From Armatimonadota bacterium (GTDB lineage: Bacteria > Sysuimicrobiota > Sysuimicrobiia > Sysuimicrobiales > Humicultoraceae), in the NCBI GenBank assembly GCA_037443365.1, contig JBBIOM010000002.1, positions 57,268-121,267 on the forward strand: a DNA stretch of 64,000 bases, in the 5' to 3' direction. Positions 1 through 9,603 of the stretch are shown here, one piece after another; the first letter of the stretch is position 1, and each line of letters opens with the position of its first letter. The translations under genes and the position numbers were made by a program. The notes under the pieces are model-generated. The model was given only the letters and a program-made list of their open reading frames with translations. It ran no database searches and was not told where the DNA came from.

Positions 1-56
1 AGAAGGTAAGCGGCCTGCTCGAGCTCGCGGCGAAGCGCAAGGCAGAGAAGAAGTAG
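1..56 (+). CDS. 3' end of a CDS cut by the window edge (product unknown; position would fit an Hdr/Mvh operon member)
   Basis: Frame 3..56 reads ...KVSGLLELAAKRKAEKK, then TAG at 54-56. The hdrC-like ATG follows 16 nt later behind a GGGAGA ribosome-binding site. Confidence 0.3.
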   Translation, partial: KVSGLLELAAKRKAEKK

Positions 57-72
57 CATAGGGAGAAACTCG

Positions 73-636
73 ATGCCAGCGAAACTAACGTTCTCGAACG
101 AGATCGTCAATCTCCTGTACAGCGCCGAGACGAACCCGGTGCAGAGCTGCATACAGTGCGGCACCTGCTCCTCCACCTGTCCGGTAGCCGGCTTCATGGA
201 TCACTCGCCGCGCAACATCATTGCCCTCATCCGGGCCGACCTCAGGCAGCCCGTGCTCTCGAGCAACGCCTTCTGGTACTGCGCCTCGTGCTACCAGTGC
301 ACCGTGAGGTGCCCGGCGGGCATTGACATTGCGGGCATGATGTACGGCCTCAAGCGCTACTCGATGTGGAGAGCCAGCATCAGGAAGGGCACGATCGGGG
401 CGGACTTCTCGAGGCGGTTCGCCAGGATGATTCTGAGGAACGGGAAGTCCTTCGAGCCCGCGCTTGCCACGCCGTACCTGTTCCGCTACGGCCTGAGGGA
501 CTTCCTCTACGATGCCCGCAACGCCCTGGCCCTCTTCAGGAAGGGGAGGCTGCCTCTCTTTCCCAAAAGGCTCAAGCGGGCGGCCAGGTTCCGAAGGATC
601 CTCAGCCGGATCATCCCGATGGGGAGGGCGGCATGA
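73..636 (+). CDS. hdrC: Heterodisulfide reductase subunit C-like (2x[4Fe-4S]), copy 1
   Basis: Two ferredoxin-type Cys motifs, CIQCGTCSSTCP and CASCYQCTVRCPAGIDI. The stop overlaps the next ATG (ATGA at 633-636). Confidence 0.85.
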   Translation: MPAKLTFSNEIVNLLYSAETNPVQSCIQCGTCSSTCPVAGFMDHSPRNIIALIRADLRQPVLSSNAFWYCASCYQCTVRCPAGIDIAGMMYGLKRYSMWRASIRKGTIGADFSRRFARMILRNGKSFEPALATPYLFRYGLRDFLYDARNALALFRKGRLPLFPKRLKRAARFRRILSRIIPMGRAA

Positions 637-1499
637 AGGCCTACAGTTACTACCCAGGTTGCTCGCTCGAGAAGATGGCCGCGTCCTACCACGTCTCCAC
701 CATGGAGGTTGCAGAGCGGCTCGGACTGGAGTTCAGGGAGTTGGACGACTGGAACTGCTGCGGCGCCACCGCGTACTTTCACGTCGACGAGCTTCTCGCG
801 CACACACTGTCCGCCCGCAATCTGGCCATAGCGGAGAAGGCGGGCCTCGATATCGTAGCGCCCTGCAGCGGGTGCTACAAGAACATGTACTTCACCAACG
901 TGCACCTCAAGGAAGATCCTGACCTCGCGGAGCACATCAACTACGCCCTGCAGGCCGACGACCTGGAGTTCTCCGGAAGTATCCGGGTGCGGCACCTGAT
1001 CGAGGTCTTCGTACAGGATGTGGGACTGGAAGAGATACGGAAGCAGGTCACCAATCCGCTGAACGGCCTTCGCGTGGCGCCCTACTACGGGTGCCAAGTG
1101 GTCCGACCGCAGAAGGACCGGGAGGACGTGGAGCATCCCAGGTTCTTCGAGGATCTGCTCTCCGCCGCGGGCGCCACTCCCATAGACTACCCGCTGAAGC
1201 TGCGGTGCTGCGGCGGCTCCCTGATCGTGACCAGCCGAAAGGCGGCGCTGACCATGGTGCGCGACCTGCTCGAGAACGCGGTGGATCGCGGCGCCGAGGT
1301 GGTAGCCACCACCTGCCCGCTCTGCCAGCTCAACCTCGAGTGCTATCAGCGCCACGTGAACAGCGAGTTCGGCACCAATCTGTCCATACCGATCCTGTAC
1401 TTCACGCAGTTGCTCGGGCTTGCTATGGGCGTCCCCGCGAAGCGGCTGGGCATAGGTACGGAGCTGGTGGTGCCCTCATTCGCCGCTGCGCGTTCCTAG
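633..1499 (+). CDS. hdrB: Heterodisulfide reductase subunit B-like (CCG domains), copy 1
   Basis: MKAYSYYPGCSL...DDWNCCGAT and APYYGCQ...LRCCGGS...CPLCQ. The start is taken at the internal ATG 633 of ORF 366..1499; the upstream part overlaps hdrC out of frame. Confidence 0.85.
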   Translation: MKAYSYYPGCSLEKMAASYHVSTMEVAERLGLEFRELDDWNCCGATAYFHVDELLAHTLSARNLAIAEKAGLDIVAPCSGCYKNMYFTNVHLKEDPDLAEHINYALQADDLEFSGSIRVRHLIEVFVQDVGLEEIRKQVTNPLNGLRVAPYYGCQVVRPQKDREDVEHPRFFEDLLSAAGATPIDYPLKLRCCGGSLIVTSRKAALTMVRDLLENAVDRGAEVVATTCPLCQLNLECYQRHVNSEFGTNLSIPILYFTQLLGLAMGVPAKRLGIGTELVVPSFAAARS

Positions 1500-1565
1500 G
1501 ACAAGGGCGACGGGGTGACTTCGGCAACAGAAGCAGCACAGATGCCGCGAGAAAGGACCCGGTGA

Positions 1566-3107
1566 GTGAAGATGACCAAGAAGATCTCAGAGGCCGCACA
1601 GCAGGCATGGGAAGCGGGCAAGGAGCGTGCAGACCAGGCCTACAGCCAGCGACGCCGGGTGGTGATCGACCCGATCACGCGCCTGGAAGGGCACGGCAAG
1701 ATAGACATCTTCCTGGACGAGGCAGGAGAGGTGGAGCGCGCCTACTTCCAGGTGCCGGAGCTGCGGGGATTTGAGACCTTCAGCCGCGGCCGCCCCGCGG
1801 AGGACATGCCTCAGATCACCTCGCGCATATGCGGGGTCTGCCCGCTCGCTCATCACATGGCATCGGCCAAGGCGCTGGACGACCTCTACAAGGTGGATCC
1901 CCCGCCGGCGGCCAAGAAGATCCGCGAACTCGACTACTCGCTCTTCATGGTCGAGGACCACGCGCTGCACTTCTACTTCCTGGGCGGCCCGGACTTCGTG
2001 GTAGGCCCCACCGCGCCCAAGGCGCAGCGCAACGTGCTGGGGGTCATCGGCGCCGTCGGGGTCGAGGTCGGCAAGCAGGTCATCGCGATGCGCCGTGCGC
2101 TGCGCGATCTGGAAACCTACCTGGGAGGCAAGACCATCCACCCGGTGATGGGGCTCCCCGGCGGCGTGGCCAAGGGCATCGCCCCCGATGACCTCCCCCG
2201 CTTCAAGGAGGTGGCGGCCAACGCGGTGGAGTTCGCCAAGTTCACGCTCGACGTGTTCCGCAAGGTGGTGCTGGCGAACCCCGACTACGTCCGCCTGATC
2301 ACATCCGACGCCTATACCCACCGTACCTACTACATGGGCATGGTGGACTCCAACAACAGGGTCAACTTCTATGACGGGCTGATTCGAGTGGTGGACCCGT
2401 CCGGGAAGGAGTACGCGAAGTTCAAGCCGCAGGACTACCTGGACTACGTCGCGGAGCAGGTGGAGCCGTGGAGCTACATCAAGTTCTGCTACCTCAAGCC
2501 GGTTGGGTGGAAGGGCTTCGCCGACGGCCCGGACAGCGGCGTCTACGCGGTGGCACCCCTGGCGCGCCTCAACGCCGCCGACGGCATGACGACGCCGCTG
2601 GCGCAGCAGGCCTACGAGGAGTTCTACGCCACGCTGGGCGGGAAGCCGGTGCACCACACCCTGGCCAACCACTGGGCCCGGGTGATCGAACTGCTCTACG
2701 CCGCCGAGCGCCTTGTGGAGCTTACCAATGACCCCGAGATCACGAGCACAGAACTGCGCGTGCTGCCCACAAGGGAACCATCGGTTGGCGTCGGTGTTGT
2801 GGAGGCGCCCCGGGGCACGCTGATCCACCACTACGAGACGGACAAGCAGGGGCTCATAACCAGGGCCAACCTGATTGTCGCCACGCAGAACAACGCGGCG
2901 CGCATCGCGATGTCCGTGGACAGCGCCGCCAAGGGGGTCATCCACAAGGGCCAGGTGGACGACGGCCTCCTCAACATGGTCGAGATGGCCTTCCGTGCCT
3001 ACGACCCCTGCCATGGATGCGGTACGCACTCCCTGCCTGGGGAGATGCCGCTCGTGGCATCGATCTACAACAGCGACGGAGAGCTCGTGCGTCAGATAAG
3101 GCGATGA
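1566..3107 (+). CDS. [NiFe]-hydrogenase large subunit (group 3, Mvh/Hox-like)
   Basis: RLEGHGKI near the N-terminus. N-terminal Ni-binding motif RICGVCPLAHH and C-terminal motif DPCHGCGTHS, followed by a 24-aa extension typical of protease-processed large subunits. Confidence 0.9.
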   Translation: MKMTKKISEAAQQAWEAGKERADQAYSQRRRVVIDPITRLEGHGKIDIFLDEAGEVERAYFQVPELRGFETFSRGRPAEDMPQITSRICGVCPLAHHMASAKALDDLYKVDPPPAAKKIRELDYSLFMVEDHALHFYFLGGPDFVVGPTAPKAQRNVLGVIGAVGVEVGKQVIAMRRALRDLETYLGGKTIHPVMGLPGGVAKGIAPDDLPRFKEVAANAVEFAKFTLDVFRKVVLANPDYVRLITSDAYTHRTYYMGMVDSNNRVNFYDGLIRVVDPSGKEYAKFKPQDYLDYVAEQVEPWSYIKFCYLKPVGWKGFADGPDSGVYAVAPLARLNAADGMTTPLAQQAYEEFYATLGGKPVHHTLANHWARVIELLYAAERLVELTNDPEITSTELRVLPTREPSVGVGVVEAPRGTLIHHYETDKQGLITRANLIVATQNNAARIAMSVDSAAKGVIHKGQVDDGLLNMVEMAFRAYDPCHGCGTHSLPGEMPLVASIYNSDGELVRQIRR

Positions 3108-3556
3108 GCCGCGACGGGCTGCTCGTCCTAGGCATCGGCAACGACCTGCTGGGGGACGACGCCGTGGGCTTGCTGGCCGCCGAAGCCCTGCGGGACGAGG
3201 GCCTGCCGGTCAGAACAGGGGTGCGGTCGGGCCTGGCCCTCCTGGATGAGGTCGTCGGGGCCCGCCGCGTCCTGGTTGTGGACAGCCAGTCCACCGGAGG
3301 GCTCCCGGGGGCGATCTGCGAGTTCTCCCTGGAGCCCTGTTCCCTCCGCAGCCCGTCGGCGCACTACATCGGTTACGGCGAGGCACTGGCAATAGGCGCC
3401 GCCGTGGGGCTGGAGATGCCGGAGGAAATCCGCGTGGTGGCGGTGGAGCGCACGCCCGAGATATGCATCGGGGCCGAGCTGTCCGAGCCGGTGCGCGCCG
3501 CCCTGCCGGCCCTGGTGGCGCGTGCCCGGACCGTAATCAGGGAGTGGCTCTGCTGA
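3104..3556 (+). CDS. Hydrogenase maturation endopeptidase (HycI/HoxW family)
   Basis: LLVLGIGNDLLGDDAVG motif. The ATG at 3104 overlaps the hydrogenase stop (ATGA). The N-terminal extension of ORF 3017..3556 was rejected. Confidence 0.8.
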   Translation: MSRDGLLVLGIGNDLLGDDAVGLLAAEALRDEGLPVRTGVRSGLALLDEVVGARRVLVVDSQSTGGLPGAICEFSLEPCSLRSPSAHYIGYGEALAIGAAVGLEMPEEIRVVAVERTPEICIGAELSEPVRAALPALVARARTVIREWLC

Positions 3557-4112
3557 AGGCCTTCTTCCCCTCGGCGTAGAGATCTCCCCCGAACGCGTCG
3601 TTGACCACGATGGCGGGGAAGTCTGCCACCTCGAACCGGAAGAGCGCTTCCGGGCCGAGATCCTCGTAGGCGACCACCTCGGCGCGCGTGAAGCATCGCG
3701 CCAGCAGGGCCCCGGCGCCGCCGGTCGCGGCCATGTAAACCGCCCGATGCTTCGCCATGGCCTCCAGGACGGGCCTAGAGCGGTAGCCCTTGCCGATCAT
3801 CCCCTTCAATCCATGGGCCATGAGCACGGGGGCGTAGGTGTCCATTCGGGTGCTGGTGGTCGGCCCTGCTGACCCGATCACCTGGCCGGGCTTCGGAGGC
3901 GTGGGACCCACATAGTACACTATCTGGCCGCGCAAGTCGGCGGGCAGCGCCTCGCCGCGCTCGAGCGCCTCCACCAGGCGCTTGTGCGCGGCGTCCCTCG
4001 CGCCGTAGATCACGCCGCTGATCAGCACGAGATCCCCTGCGCGGAGTCCTTCCACGATCGCGTCGGTCCAGGGCGTGGTGAGTCGCTTCGGGTTCATGGT
4101 TGCCATCTCCAT
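3537..4112 (-). CDS. Class I (Fe-S) fumarate/tartrate hydratase, beta subunit
   Basis: GVIYGARDAAHKRL, YYVGPTPPKPGQVIGSAGPTTSTRMD and AVYMAATGGAGALL are typical of the Fe-S hydro-lyase beta region. The 3' end overlaps the convergent protease gene by 20 nt. Confidence 0.8.
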   Translation of the reverse strand: MEMATMNPKRLTTPWTDAIVEGLRAGDLVLISGVIYGARDAAHKRLVEALERGEALPADLRGQIVYYVGPTPPKPGQVIGSAGPTTSTRMDTYAPVLMAHGLKGMIGKGYRSRPVLEAMAKHRAVYMAATGGAGALLARCFTRAEVVAYEDLGPEALFRFEVADFPAIVVNDAFGGDLYAEGKKAFSRATP

Positions 4113-4116
4113 CGCC

Positions 4117-4959
4117 TCAGAGTTCGGCGCGAGCCACGCGCGCCGCGTGACACTGCAGGTTCACGGCCACCGGCAGGCTGACGATGTGGCATGGGTAGAC
4201 CTCGACGCGCACATCCAGCGCGGTGGCCAGGCCCCCGTACCCCATAGGGCCCACGCCCAGCGAGTTGATCGCCGCCAGGAGTTCCTCCTCCATGCGGGCG
4301 TAGTATGGGTCCGGGTGGCGCTCTCCCGCCTTCCGTATCAGGGCTCGCTTGGCAAGGAAGCCGACGGTGTCGAAGGTGCCGCCGATCCCCACGCCAACAA
4401 CCACGGGCGGGCAGGCGTTGGGCCCCGCCTTCTCCACGGTCTCGATCACGAAGGCACGCACACCGGCCTCACCGTCCGCTGGGGTCAGCATGGTCATCCG
4501 ACTCATGTTCTCGGCCCCGCCGCCCTTGGGCAGGAGGGTCATGCGCAGGCGATCGCCCGGGACCAACTCGATGTGCACCACGGCAGGGGAGTTGTCTCCG
4601 GTGTTCCGGCGCCGCAGCGGGTCAGCCACCATCGACTTCCGCAGGAACCCCTCCGTGTACCCGCGCCGAACGCCTTCGTCCAGCGCGTCGCGCAGCGACC
4701 CGCCGGTCACGCAGACCTGGTCGCCCAACTCAACGAACACAAACGCCGTCCCGGTGTCCTGGCAGATGGGCACGGCCTCGGTCGCGGCTATCCTGTTGTT
4801 CTCAAGGATCTCGTCCAGCACGCGCTGCCCGAGTGTTGAGGGTTCGCGTTCCCGGGCGGAGCGAAGCAGCGAGAGCACATCCCCCCCCAGGTAGACGTTG
4901 GCATCAATGCACAGCCGCCTTGCGGCTTCTGCTACGTCCTGGTACTGGATCGTCCGCAT
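4117..4959 (-). CDS. Class I (Fe-S) fumarate/tartrate hydratase, alpha subunit
   Basis: ICQDTGTAFVFVELG and LLPKGGGAENMS motifs. The start is taken at internal Met51 (MRTIQYQD) of ORF 4117..5109. Confidence 0.8.
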   Translation of the reverse strand: MRTIQYQDVAEAARRLCIDANVYLGGDVLSLLRSAREREPSTLGQRVLDEILENNRIAATEAVPICQDTGTAFVFVELGDQVCVTGGSLRDALDEGVRRGYTEGFLRKSMVADPLRRRNTGDNSPAVVHIELVPGDRLRMTLLPKGGGAENMSRMTMLTPADGEAGVRAFVIETVEKAGPNACPPVVVGVGIGGTFDTVGFLAKRALIRKAGERHPDPYYARMEEELLAAINSLGVGPMGYGGLATALDVRVEVYPCHIVSLPVAVNLQCHAARVARAEL

Positions 4960-5014
4960 GTCCCCCTCCGTCCTCTCCGACCATGGTCGTCTGCGCTCGG
5001 CACCCGCGCAGAGG

Positions 5015-7909
5015 TCACGTCTCGCCTCCGGCAGTGCCAGCGCGTTCGGCGCGCAGGCGTTCCAGCCGCACCGCCGCGAACTTGAACTCAGGCGTCTTGG
5101 CACCGGCATCCAGGCCGTCGGCGTGTGTAAGCAGGTTGGCCGCGGCCTCGCGGAAGTGGAACGGCATGTAGATCATGCCCTGCGGCACGACATCCCCCAC
5201 CCTTGCCTGGACGCGAACGCTGCCGCGCCGGCTGCTAACGAGGCACGCCTGACCATCGCGCACGCCCGCGCGTGCGGCATCCTCGGGGTGGATCTCGGCG
5301 TAGGCCCTCGGTTCGCGCCAGTCCAGGGGCGCGGCGCGCCGCGTCATGGGCCCGCCGTTGTAGTGGTACAGCATACGACCCGTGGAGAGCACGAGCGGGT
5401 AGGTCTGGTCGGTGGGCTCGAACGGGGGTGCCGGAGAGGTCGCGTGGAACCGCCCCCTGCCCCGCGAGAACTGCCCCTCGTGCAGGTACACCGTTCCAGG
5501 GTGCTCACTGGAGGTGCAAGGCCACTGCAGCCCCACCTTCTCAAGCCGATCGTGCGTGATGCCGCCGAAGATCGGGCAGAGCGCGGCCACCTCGCGCATG
5601 ATCTCGGCCGCTGAGTTGTACTCCCAGCGCAGCGGGCGGCGCAGTCTCTTGCCCAACCGCTTCCCAACCTCGCAGAGAATTTCCCAATCGGGCCGGGCCT
5701 CGCCCGGGGCGGCCGCAAACGGGCGAACGAGCTGCACCCGCCGCTCAGTGTTGGTGAAGGTTCCGCTCTTCTCGGCGAACGACGCCGCGGGCAGGACCAC
5801 GTGCGCCAGTTGGGCGGTCTCGGTCAGGAAGATCTCCTGCACGACCAGGAACTCGAGCGAGCGCATGGCCCGCTCCATCAAGGTGGCATCGGGGTTGGTC
5901 ATCATGAGGTTCTCGCCCATGATGTACATCGCCCGAATCCTCCCGTCGGCGGCGGCACGGATCATCTCGATGAAGGTAAGCCCGGGCCTATCGGGCAGGG
6001 TCAGTTCGCGGCCGGCCCTGGATCGGCGCTCCCCCCAGGCGCGCGCGAACTTGGCGCGCACCGCGGGGTCGGAGACCTGCTGGTAGCCGGGGTAGACGTT
6101 GGGCAGCGAGCCCATGTCGCAGCCACCCTGCACGTTCACCTGCCCCCGCAGCGGGTTGACCCCGGTAGAGAGGCGGCCGATCTGCCCGGTCACCATGGCC
6201 AGGTTGGCCAGCGTCTTGACCAGCTCGGTGCCGTTGGAGCGTTCCGTTATGCCCATCCCGTAGAGGATCGTTGAAGCCCCGCGCCTCGTCGTGTTCGCGG
6301 CCTCTTCCGCAGTGACCCGGCGCAACCCCAGCGCATACATCCGGGCTGCCTCGACGATCTGCTCGGCGGGCACCCCGCAGGCCGCCGATGCGGCCTGCGG
6401 GGTCCAGGCCTCCAGGGATTGGGCAAACACGTCGAAGCCCTCAGTGCGGGCGGCGATGAACTCCCGGTCGAGCCAGCCGTTGGTCACAATCGCGTTCAGC
6501 ATCCCCAGGTACAGGGCGTGGTCGGTGCCAGGTGACGGCCGGAGGTGCAACGCAGCGTGCCGGGTGAGACTGATCCTGCGAGGGTCAATCACTATCAGCG
6601 TCGCCCCACGCCTTGTTGCGCGGACCACCTCGTAGGAGATGACCGGGTGCGCCTCGCCGGTGTTGGAACCGGTCACCAGGATGCAATCGGCATCCCTGAT
6701 CTCCCGGATGCTGTTGGTCATTGCTCCACTTCCGAAGGCGGCGGCCAGACCGGCCACCGAGGGAGCGTGTCAGACCCTGGCGCAGAGATCCACGTTGTTG
6801 GTGTCCATCACCCCGCGCACCAGTTTCTGGAAGGCGTAGTTGTCCTCGTTGGTGCACAAGGCCGAGCCGATCCCGGCAAAGGAGTCGGGGCCCGATTCCC
6901 TCACGATCGCGGCCAGACGATCGGCGACCAGGTCCAGGGCGACCTCCCAATCCACCTCGACGTGCGTCTCCCCGGCAGCCGGCGGGCGGCCCAGCGGCGA
7001 ACGGCCCAGCGCCGCGGGCGGAGGCGTGTCCACGAGTCCGACGGAGTGGGCCAGATCACGCCGGACCAGCGGTCGGCGCAGCCGGTCCGGGTGTCCCACG
7101 AACCCCAGGCCGAATCGGCCCTTGGTGCAGAGGAACTCGCCGTTGGCAGGCGCGCCGTAGCCCGAAACGGACACGGCCTCGCCCCCACGAGTGGCTACCT
7201 CGATGCCGCAGCCCGTGCCGCAGTACGGGCAGACGGTACGGGTGCGCACAAGATCCCATTCGCGTCCCTTGCCGATGCGATCCACCGGTACCAACGCCGC
7301 GGTCGGGCAGACCTGCACGCAGTTGCCACAGAAGGTGCACGGTGTCTCCACCAGGGGCGCGTCGAACGGCGTAGCCACGAGCGCCCCAAACCCGCGCTGC
7401 GCCACCTCTATCGCGCTAGCCCCAACTACCTCGTCGCAGACCCGCACGCAGCGCGTGCAGAGAATGCAGTACTGGTGATCCCGGATGAGGAAGGCGTTCT
7501 CGTCCTGGTAGAGCGTGCGCGCGATCTCCTTCTCGTGGCTGCTCTCGGCGAGACCAAACTCGTAGGCGTAGCGCTGCAGATCGCAGGCGCCGGCCTTCTC
7601 GCAGATGACGCAGTTCAGGGGGTGGTCGGACAGCAGCAGGTCGAGGACCTCGCGACGCTGCGCCGTGAGTTGTTCGCTGTGCGTGGTGACCACCATGCCG
7701 TTCTTGACGGACAGCCCGCAGCTTGGCATGGCAGCAGCGTGCCCTTCGACCTCGACCAGGCACAGTCGACAGCCACCCCAGGCAGTCAACTCTGGATGGT
7801 CGCAGAGACGTGGGATGTCAAACCCCGCCGCGAGCGCAGCCTCCAGCACGGTGGCCCCTTCTCTCGCTTCCACCGTTCGTTCGTTGATCGTCAAGGTCAC
7901 CATCGCCAT
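5015..7909 (-). CDS. fdhA: Formate dehydrogenase alpha subunit, selenocysteine-containing, NuoG/FdsA-type N-terminus (2Fe-2S plus 4Fe-4S domains fused to a Mo/W-bisPGD domain)
   Basis: ORFs 6770..8170 and 5015..6757 are in the same frame, separated only by TGA at 6770-6772. Read-through gives [29 protein letters not shown], the conserved Sec/Cys active-site context. N-terminus is MAMVTLTINERTVEA...CDHPELTAWGGCRLCLVEV; CPYCGTGCGIEV is the MopB 4Fe-4S motif. The ATG at 7909 overlaps the upstream stop (TGATG). Confidence 0.85.
6723..6769 (-). promoter_or_regulatory. Putative bacterial SECIS hairpin directly 3' of the Sec-TGA
   Basis: On the minus strand, 11 nt after UGA: GGUGGCC-GGUCU-GGCCGCC (7 bp stem including one G-U, 6740..6758), with a GGUCU apical loop resembling the E. 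coli fdhF SECIS loop. A possible lower stem pairs GCUCC (6762-6766) with GGAGC (6723-6727). Folded by eye only. Confidence 0.55.
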
Positions 7910-9603
7910 CACCTCAATGCCTCGCACGCCCCGGCCTGACAGTGCCGGTCCTGAACATGGGCCGCGTACTCGTCTCGAAAGTAGCGAAGCGTTGTAACAA
8001 CAGGATTCGGGGCCGTGAGCCCCAGGCCGCAAAGCGAGGAGGTGCGCACGGTCTGGGCTACCTGCTCCAGCCGGCCAATATCGTCGGGCCTGGCCTCGCC
8101 ACTGGTGATTCGCGTGAGTATTGCCAGCATCTTGCGGGTCCCAACCCGACAGGGCACGCACTTGCCGCAAGACTCGTCCTGCGTGAAGCTCAAGAAGTAG
8201 CGCGCCAGATCAACCATGCAAGTGGTGTCGTCGGCGACGACAAGCCCACCCGAGCCCATGATGGCTCCGGTCGCCCCCAGATCCTCATAGTCCACAGGGG
8301 TGTCGAGCATGGAGGCAGGAAGGCACCCGCCAGAGGGTCCTCCTATTTGCACGGCCTTTATGCGGCGTCCTGGGCGCGGGCCGCCTCCGATGTTCTCCAC
8401 CACGTGTCGTAGCGAAGTGCCAAGCGGCACCTCTACCAGGCCGGTGTTCTGGATGGCTCCGGTCAAGGCGAACACCTTGGTTCCCCCGCTGCCGTGTGTT
8501 CCGAGGCCGGCATACCAGTCTGGGCCCCGCATGATGATAAGCGGGATCGTGGCAAGCGTCTCGACATTGTTGATGCAGGTCGGAAGACCCCAGAGCCCGA
8601 GCTCGCTGGGGTACGGAGGACGCATGTAAGGAACGGCCCTTTCGCCCTGGATGGATCGGATCAGGGCGGTCTCCTCTCCGGACACAAAGGCCCCTGCGCC
8701 CTCGCGCAGGTGGATCTGGTACGCGAACCGAGTCCCCAAGACCGACGGGCCAAGCAATCCCCAGGCCGTTGCCTCCTCCACCGCTCGTCTCAGCCGCCGC
8801 ACGGCCAGGGGATACTCGTGCCGTACATACACGTACCCCTCCGAAGCACCGACGGCATACCCCGCAAGGAGCATTCCCTCGATGACCGCATGGGGATCTC
8901 CTTCCATGATGCTCCGGTCCATGAAGGCGCCAGGGTCACCCTCGTCCCCGTTGCAGATGATGTACTTCCGCGCTCCGGGCTGTTGACGGGTCAGTTCCCA
9001 CTTCGTGCCGGTCATGAAACCGGCGCCGCCACGTCCGCGCAGGCGTGATCTGGAAACCGCTCGAATGACTTCTTCTGGGCTCATGCGAAAGAGCGCGCGG
9101 TCCAGGGCGGAGTAGCCGCCCCTGGCGAAGTAGGTCCGTATGTCCTCGGGATCTACAACCCCGCAGTTGTGCAGCGTCATTCGCCTCTGGTGGTGATAGA
9201 ACGGGATGTGGCGCTCCAGGAGGTGCGCCTGGCCGGTCAGAGGGTCGTGGAAGATCAGATCCTCCGGCGGGTCTCGGCCGGCGTCAAGTCGCGCAACGAG
9301 GTCGGGGACACGCTCGGGGCGAACTCCAGTAAACAGGAACCCGTGTGGTTCAGACCGCACCAACGGGCCTCGAGCACAGAAGCCGTGGCATCCGGTGATG
9401 CTTACGGGCGAGGAGGTTGCCCTGCCCAGGGCTTCGGCAACCTGCAGGCTGCCGTTGGATACGCATCCCGTTCCGGCGCACACCTGGAACCGCCGTGGCG
9501 TTGCGGCCACCATCTCGGCAAACAGGCGTTCAGCCCGCAGTACGGCCCCCTCCCCTCTCAAGGGCGGCGCTATGGTGGGGGCGTGACTTCCGGTCTCGTT
9601 CAT
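7909..9603 (-). CDS. NuoF/FdsB/HydB-like NAD(P)H-binding flavoprotein (FMN, 4Fe-4S) with an N-terminal thioredoxin-like 2Fe-2S domain
   Basis: GRGGAGFMTGTKWE (FMN/NADH site), ESCGKCVPCRVGT (N3-type cluster), and N-terminal CAGTGCVSNG...CHGFCARGP. Confidence 0.85.
   Translation of the reverse strand: MNETGSHAPTIAPPLRGEGAVLRAERLFAEMVAATPRRFQVCAGTGCVSNGSLQVAEALGRATSSPVSITGCHGFCARGPLVRSEPHGFLFTGVRPERVPDLVARLDAGRDPPEDLIFHDPLTGQAHLLERHIPFYHHQRRMTLHNCGVVDPEDIRTYFARGGYSALDRALFRMSPEEVIRAVSRSRLRGRGGAGFMTGTKWELTRQQPGARKYIICNGDEGDPGAFMDRSIMEGDPHAVIEGMLLAGYAVGASEGYVYVRHEYPLAVRRLRRAVEEATAWGLLGPSVLGTRFAYQIHLREGAGAFVSGEETALIRSIQGERAVPYMRPPYPSELGLWGLPTCINNVETLATIPLIIMRGPDWYAGLGTHGSGGTKVFALTGAIQNTGLVEVPLGTSLRHVVENIGGGPRPGRRIKAVQIGGPSGGCLPASMLDTPVDYEDLGATGAIMGSGGLVVADDTTCMVDLARYFLSFTQDESCGKCVPCRVGTRKMLAILTRITSGEARPDDIGRLEQVAQTVRTSSLCGLGLTAPNPVVTTLRYFRDEYAAHVQDRHCQAGACEALR

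Noticed and set aside
366-632. N-terminal extensions of many ORF-track entries: 366..632, 3017..3103, 4960..5109, 7910..8170, 13088..13321, 21209..21310, 24149..24361, 26528..26614, 29433..29639, 33250..33504, 36569..36691, 44809..44886, 47595..47681, 51795..51911, 52471..52638, 55450..55602, 56838..57089, 58310..58519, 59608..59862 and 63876..63911.
   Set aside because: The extensions overlap the preceding gene, have junk-like composition and lack family homology. Internal starts give family-typical lengths and the recurring ATGA/TGATG coupling pattern.
3537-3556. The 20-nt convergent overlap of the hydrogenase protease and fumarase beta 3' ends as a regulatory antisense element.
   Set aside because: Short convergent overlaps are common in compact high-GC genomes, and nothing in the sequence marks it as functional.
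6770-6772. Reading the TGA as a true stop, which would make the formate dehydrogenase a split gene or pseudogene.
   Set aside because: The two halves are in frame, the TGA sits at the catalytic Sec/Cys position, and a SECIS-like hairpin follows. Selenocysteine recoding is the simpler reading, although the sel genes were not seen in this window.
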